Of a DNA stretch of 64,000 bases, positions 58,863 to 64,000 are shown piece after piece. Location: positions 31,681-95,680 of IMG/VR virus record IMGVR_UViG_3300046804_002762; one strand, 5' to 3'. Source of the DNA: a virus. Within the stretch, counting starts at the first letter, position 1. Every line of letters begins with the position of its first letter. A model generated the notes under the pieces. That model ran no database searches. It saw nothing but the letters and a program-made list of their open reading frames with translations, and was not told the origin of the DNA. Both the position numbers and the translations under genes were made by a program.

Positions 58863-59092
58863 TGGAATTGGATAAGCAGATAAATTTGGGACATTTATTA
58901 CTAACAGATAGAAAATGTAGAAGTTGCAGTGAAATTAAAAATTTAATAGATGGATTCTATAGGACAAGAAAGAATAGAGGTCCTGTTGCATCTTCTTATT
59001 CTTATGAATGCAAAGAATGTACAATAAAAAGAATAATTAACTCTAGAAAAAAACAAGAATCATCATTTGAAAACACATATCCAGATTGGTAG
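58862..59092 (+). CDS. Small zinc-finger protein
   Basis: CRSC...FY...CKEC. Confidence 0.65.
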   Translation: MELDKQINLGHLLLTDRKCRSCSEIKNLIDGFYRTRKNRGPVASSYSYECKECTIKRIINSRKKQESSFENTYPDW

Positions 59093-59173
59093 TCGTTCAC
59101 CACAGATTTCCCCTACGTAAATTACCTTTTTGATAAATATTTTTTAGATAAACTGAGATTTACGGAGAAAAAC

Positions 59174-61363
59174 ATGGCGACTCCTCAATTATCTCCAGGC
59201 GTACTCGTCAGAGAGGTTGATTTAACAGTAGGAAGAGCTGATAATGTTTTAGATAACATTGGAGCAATTGCAGGTCCCTTTCCTATCGGTCCTGTTGATT
59301 ATCCAATTGATATTGCAACTGAACAAGATTTAATTAATACTTTCGGAAAACCAATTTCAACCGATTCTCAATATGAGTATTGGATGAGTGCTTCATCTTA
59401 TCTCTCATATGGTGGAGTTCTTAAAGTTGTTAGAACTGGTGGAACAACCCTTAACAACGCAAACGCTGGTATTAATTCTGCATCAACATCTTTAGATATT
59501 TACAATTACGATGATTATGTAAATAATCATTCGACAGATAATAACTTTACATTTGCTGCGAAGAATCCAGGTTCTTGGGCAAATGGTCTTAAAGTATGTG
59601 TTATTGATGACCTAGCAGATCAAACTATTGGACTTTCAACATCTCCCGGTTCTCTTGGAGATCTAATCGGAGCAGGTGTTACCTCAAATTTAACTTCAAT
59701 AGTCTTATCGGGTCTAGGGACTACCAGCACATTTACTGGGTATCTAAAGGGTATTGTTACTATCGTTGATAATGACAATAGCAAAATTGCTGTAAAAATT
59801 ACATCGAGAGTTTCTACAGCAGGAACAGAAACTCAAATTAATTATGCAGAAGGAAATGTAGGTTTTGCCTTTACTGATGGATCATCATTAACATTCATTA
59901 ATTCTAGTGGTACTTCTATTGGAACTGCTAACGCAACATCAATATCTGATTGGTATAATGAACAGAAACTTAATGGTTTGTCAAACTCTACCATTTACTG
60001 GAAGTCTATTGCACCAAAACCAACTACAAATAGATACTCTCTAGACAGAAATGGTAAAAACGATGCAATTCACGTCGTAGTTGTTGATGACCTAGGAACC
60101 ATTAGTGGCAATCAAGGAACTCTTCTTGAGAAGCACGTTGGTCTATCCAAAGCACTAGATTCAGTTTCAGCGGTCAATTCTCCACAAAAGATTTGGTATG
60201 AGCAATATCTTGCAGATTTCTCATCTCAAATTTATGCTGGTGGAAATCCTTCAAGTGCAGCGGATTCTTACTGGGGAACAGCACCAAGAGCAACTGGATT
60301 TACAACTTATTCAGGGGTTAATTCTTCATCATTTGTTGCTATTTCTACATCAAGCGGTCTCTGGGGATCATCTGCACAAAATGTAACTTTCAGTGCTATT
60401 GGCAATAAAACTTATACGCTGAGTGGTGGTATTGATTACTCCGCGTCTAATGGTATGAAAGCATCATTAGGAGACTTGATGACTTCCTATAATAAGTTCT
60501 CCAATAAAGATGAAGTTGCGGTTGATTATCTGATTATGGGTCCTGGAATGGATTCTGTAGAAGATTCTAAAGCAAAGGCAAGTTATTTAATGTCACTTGC
60601 AGAGCAAAGAAAAGATTGTATTGCAGTGATTGGACCACATAGATCTGATTTAGTTGGGCAAACTAATACAACAACTCAAACAACTAATCTTGTTAAGTAC
60701 TTCAGTTCACTACCTTCATCTTCATATGCAGTATTTGATAGTGGATATAAGTACACCTATGATAGATTCAATAACAAATTTGTCTATGTTCCTTGCAATG
60801 CAGATATTGCTGGTTTAATGTGCAGAACTAATATAGTTGCATATCCATGGTTCTCTCCTGCAGGTCAGCAGCGTGGTATTCTGAATAATGCAATCAAACT
60901 TGCGTATAACCCATCCAAGGACCAAAGAGACCAACTCTATCCACAAAGAATTAACTCTATTGTGACCCAACCCGGAGTTGGAATACTCCTATTTGGAGAT
61001 AAAACTGCTCTTGGATATGCTTCGGCATTTGATAGAATTAATGTTCGTCGTTTGTTCCTTACTATTGAACAAGCACTTCAAAGAGCTGCTCAAGCACAAC
61101 TTTTTGAACTTAATGATGAACTAACAAGAGCAAACTTTAGAAACATCGTTGAACCATATCTTCGTGATGTTCAGGCAAAGAGAGGTCTTTATGGATTCCT
61201 AGTTGTTTGCGATACCACAAACAATACTCCCGATGTTATTGATAACAATGAGTTTAGAGCAGATATTTTCCTGAAGCCTGCGAAGTCTATTAACTATGTA
61301 ACTCTTACCTTCGTTGCAACCAGAACTGGTGTAAGCTTTGAAGAAGTCGTCGGTAGAGTTTAA
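59174..61363 (+). CDS. gp18: Tail sheath protein gp18
   Basis: SPGVLVREVD, WFSPAG..RG, RINVRRLF, KPAKSINY. Confidence 0.96.
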   Translation: MATPQLSPGVLVREVDLTVGRADNVLDNIGAIAGPFPIGPVDYPIDIATEQDLINTFGKPISTDSQYEYWMSASSYLSYGGVLKVVRTGGTTLNNANAGINSASTSLDIYNYDDYVNNHSTDNNFTFAAKNPGSWANGLKVCVIDDLADQTIGLSTSPGSLGDLIGAGVTSNLTSIVLSGLGTTSTFTGYLKGIVTIVDNDNSKIAVKITSRVSTAGTETQINYAEGNVGFAFTDGSSLTFINSSGTSIGTANATSISDWYNEQKLNGLSNSTIYWKSIAPKPTTNRYSLDRNGKNDAIHVVVVDDLGTISGNQGTLLEKHVGLSKALDSVSAVNSPQKIWYEQYLADFSSQIYAGGNPSSAADSYWGTAPRATGFTTYSGVNSSSFVAISTSSGLWGSSAQNVTFSAIGNKTYTLSGGIDYSASNGMKASLGDLMTSYNKFSNKDEVAVDYLIMGPGMDSVEDSKAKASYLMSLAEQRKDCIAVIGPHRSDLVGQTNTTTQTTNLVKYFSSLPSSSYAVFDSGYKYTYDRFNNKFVYVPCNADIAGLMCRTNIVAYPWFSPAGQQRGILNNAIKLAYNPSKDQRDQLYPQRINSIVTQPGVGILLFGDKTALGYASAFDRINVRRLFLTIEQALQRAAQAQLFELNDELTRANFRNIVEPYLRDVQAKRGLYGFLVVCDTTNNTPDVIDNNEFRADIFLKPAKSINYVTLTFVATRTGVSFEEVVGRV

Positions 61364-61401
61364 TTAACTTCTTATAAAAACAACAAAGGAGAGAACTAAT
61401 C

Positions 61402-61995
61402 ATGGCACAATCCAGAGAAAATAAAACAATCTCACAGTTTAAGTCTGCACTTTCTGGGGGCGGTGCCCGCCCCAATCTTTTTGAGGTTGAACTTGCAAAA
61501 TTGCCTGATGGAATTTCAGGATGGGATGCTGATAATTTTAGATATATGTGCAAAGCAGCTGCACTTCCAGCTTCTAATATTGCATCAATTGATGTACCTT
61601 TTAGAGGAAGAATCTTTAAGGTTGCTGGTGATAGAACATTTGATACTTGGACAGTGACAATTATCAATGATGAAGGATTTAGATTGAGAAATGCATTTGA
61701 AGATTGGATGGAAAAGATCTCTAAGTTAAGCAATAACTTGGGTGCAACCAATCCAGAGGCATACATGGTTGATGCTACAGTATATCAACTTGGAAGAGGA
61801 TCTATTGCATCCAGTAAAGATAATACTGGAAGTGCAAATTCAGTTCTATCTACTTACACATTTGAAAGTATTTTTCCAACCAATATTTCTGCAATTGATC
61901 TTTCATATGATTCATCTGACACTATTGAAGAATTCACTGTAGAATTCCAAGTACAATCCTTTAGAAAGGAATCAAATACAACTCCCAACGGTTAA
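61402..61995 (+). CDS. gp19: Tail tube protein gp19
   Basis: GGARPNLFEV, AGDRTFDTWTVTIIND, IEEFTVEF. Confidence 0.95.
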   Translation: MAQSRENKTISQFKSALSGGGARPNLFEVELAKLPDGISGWDADNFRYMCKAAALPASNIASIDVPFRGRIFKVAGDRTFDTWTVTIINDEGFRLRNAFEDWMEKISKLSNNLGATNPEAYMVDATVYQLGRGSIASSKDNTGSANSVLSTYTFESIFPTNISAIDLSYDSSDTIEEFTVEFQVQSFRKESNTTPNG

Positions 61996-62021
61996 TAAAT
62001 AGATAAAATAAACAATAAATT

Positions 62022-63728
62022 ATGGCAAAATTATTTGGATTCTCTATAGAGAATCCTGAACCACTTTCTCCAAGTGTAGTCTCCCCCGTTCCCCCTAATA
62101 ATGAGGACGGGGTAGATCACTATATGAGTAGTGGTTTTTTTGGATCATATGTAGATATTGAGGGTGTTTACAGAACTGAATATGAATTAATTAAAAGATA
62201 TAGAGAGATGGCACTTCATCCCGAGTGTGATAGTGCCATTGAAGATATTGTTAATGAGGCAATTGTTTCTGATAGTAACGATAGTCCTCTTCAAATTGAT
62301 CTAGACAATCTTAATGCCAGCGATAGCATTAAGAAGAAAATAAGACAAGAATTTAAGTATATTCTAAATTTATTGGATTTTGATAAAAAATGCCACGAAA
62401 TCTACAGAAATTGGTACATTGACGGCAGAATTTATTACCATAAAGTCATTGATCTGAAAAATCCTCATGAAGGGATTAAGGAGTTGAGATATATTGATGC
62501 AATGAAAATGAGGTACGTTAGGAAAGAAAAAAAGAAAGATAATAACACATATAGAAGACCACCTTCGATGGGTGGTATTGAAAATCCAATGGATTTTGAT
62601 TTTCCCGAAATAGAAGAGTATTTTATCTACAATTCTAAGGTAGGTTATCCCACAGGAACTTCAACTTCAACTGGAGCAAGTCAAGGTATTAAAATTGCAA
62701 AAGATGCAGTTACTTACTGTACCTCCGGATTGGTAGACAGAAATAAAGGATCAACATTGTCATATCTCCATAAGGCAATTAAGTCTCTCAATCAACTTCG
62801 TATGATTGAAGATAGTCTTGTTATCTATAGACTATCTCGGGCACCAGAAAGAAGAATCTTCTATATTGATGTTGGCAACCTACCAAAGGTTAAAGCGGAG
62901 CAATATCTTCGTGATGTGATGATGCGTTATCGTAACAAACAAGTTTATGATGCAAGCACCGGAGAAATACGTGATGACAAAAAGTTTATGGCAATGTTAG
63001 AAGATTTTTGGTTACCGAGAAGAGAGGGTGGTAGAGGAACAGAAATATCTACACTTCCCGGTGGACAAAATCTTGGAGAAATTACAGATATTGAGTATTT
63101 TAAAAAGAAATTATATCGGTCTTTAAATGTTCCTCCATCAAGAATGGATGGTGAGGGTGGTTTTAATTTGGGAAGATCTTCAGAAATTTTAAGAGATGAA
63201 TTAAAGTTCACAAAATTTGTTGGAAGATTGAGAAAAAGATTTTCTAACATGTTTTTGGATATGCTAAAAACTCAGTTGATTTTGAAAAATATTGTTACTT
63301 TAGAAGACTGGGAATCTATGAGTGAGCACATTCAATTTGATTATCTTTATGACAATCATTTTTCAGAATTAAAAGACGCTGAACTACTCAATGAAAGACT
63401 TGGTATGGTTCAGATTGCAGAGCCATATGTTGGCAAATATTTTTCTCAAGACTACGTAAGACGTAAGATTCTTCGCCAAACTGATGAAGAAATTCTTGAA
63501 CAGGATAAGTTGATTGAAGAAGAAATTAAAGACGGCGTTATTCCTGACCCAAGTATTCAAATTGATCCAAATACAGGATTGCCACTTCAATCTGGAATGG
63601 ATTTGGGTCAACCGGTCATGGAACCGACTCTAGATGGTACATCCAATGGCGGAATGACGCAGGTTGATGGTGGTGCAGCACAAATGGATACTGGTGTTAT
63701 GAAAATGCCAAAGGGTGGCGAAATTTGA
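62022..63728 (+). CDS. gp20: Portal protein gp20
   Basis: YRLSRAPERRIFYIDVGNLP, EDFWLPRREGGRGTEI. Confidence 0.97.
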   Translation: MAKLFGFSIENPEPLSPSVVSPVPPNNEDGVDHYMSSGFFGSYVDIEGVYRTEYELIKRYREMALHPECDSAIEDIVNEAIVSDSNDSPLQIDLDNLNASDSIKKKIRQEFKYILNLLDFDKKCHEIYRNWYIDGRIYYHKVIDLKNPHEGIKELRYIDAMKMRYVRKEKKKDNNTYRRPPSMGGIENPMDFDFPEIEEYFIYNSKVGYPTGTSTSTGASQGIKIAKDAVTYCTSGLVDRNKGSTLSYLHKAIKSLNQLRMIEDSLVIYRLSRAPERRIFYIDVGNLPKVKAEQYLRDVMMRYRNKQVYDASTGEIRDDKKFMAMLEDFWLPRREGGRGTEISTLPGGQNLGEITDIEYFKKKLYRSLNVPPSRMDGEGGFNLGRSSEILRDELKFTKFVGRLRKRFSNMFLDMLKTQLILKNIVTLEDWESMSEHIQFDYLYDNHFSELKDAELLNERLGMVQIAEPYVGKYFSQDYVRRKILRQTDEEILEQDKLIEEEIKDGVIPDPSIQIDPNTGLPLQSGMDLGQPVMEPTLDGTSNGGMTQVDGGAAQMDTGVMKMPKGGEI

Positions 63729-63758
63729 TAAATAACAACGATTGCTTAATTTAAAACT

Positions 63759-63911
63759 ATGGATGATTTACTAGATATGATTGCTGCTGATGAGTCCCCC
63801 TCTCAGATTAGCGATAAAATTAAAGATTTACTCTTTGCCAAATCTGCAGAGAAGATTGATTCTTTTCGTCCTGCAGTAGCATCTAACATGTTTGCACAAG
63901 AAGAGGAATGA
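63759..63911 (+). CDS. Small acidic protein after the portal gene (gp67 position)
   Basis: 50 aa MDDLLDMIAADESPSQISDKIKDLLF; assigned by synteny only. Confidence 0.5.
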   Translation: MDDLLDMIAADESPSQISDKIKDLLFAKSAEKIDSFRPAVASNMFAQEEE

Positions 63912-63912
63912 T

Positions 63913-64000
63913 ATGAAATCTTTCAAGCAATTTATCTCAGAATCAGTTAATATTGCTGGCGATTTCACAGGAAATCTTTATATTGGTGCTCAACCGGAAC
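63913..64000 (+). CDS. Partial ORF with CTS-like N-terminus
   Basis: MKSFKQFISESVNIAGDF...; runs off the window. Confidence 0.55.
   Translation, partial: MKSFKQFISESVNIAGDFTGNLYIGAQPE

Noticed and set aside
57216-63728. Introns or inteins in terminase, sheath or portal genes
   Set aside because: The ORFs are continuous, of normal length, and show no intein motifs.
1-64000. tRNA/rRNA genes, photosynthesis genes, stop-codon reassignment
   Set aside because: None recognised by eye. Long core genes translate intact with the standard code. tRNAscan was not run.

Overview
This window comes from a T4-like (Kyanoviridae-type) myovirus, most likely a cyanophage. Host assignment is inference from gene order and the GIGT/GVGT-rich structural proteins. 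It has two halves. (1) Bases 1 to ~27,000 are an accessory/early region of dozens of small + strand ORFs. It is divided by 16 copies of a ~33-35 bp repeat (TAACTCTGGGGCCTTGAAAGTGTCCCTATAGTATG) that often runs from near the upstream stop codon to the next ATG. The region also carries an SF2 helicase, a ParB-like protein, a PvuII-like endonuclease plus adenine methyltransferase pair, a KxDG ligase-like protein, several free-standing homing endonucleases, and late-promoter genes with capsid-targeting-like N-termini. (2) Bases ~27,000 to 64,000 are the conserved virion module: gp25, gp6, giant gp7-like, gp8, a large structural protein, gp13-gp20, under ATAAATA late promoters. The most notable observations are the repeat-delimited cassette array; a recurring 'late promoter, seed hairpin, terminator, late promoter, complementary leader' module in front of unrelated endonuclease-type genes; an R-M-like cassette bounded by two copies of a private repeat variant; and a ~122-bp non-coding element present twice in inverted orientation. 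No database searches were run. Family assignments rest on visible motifs and recalled sequences.
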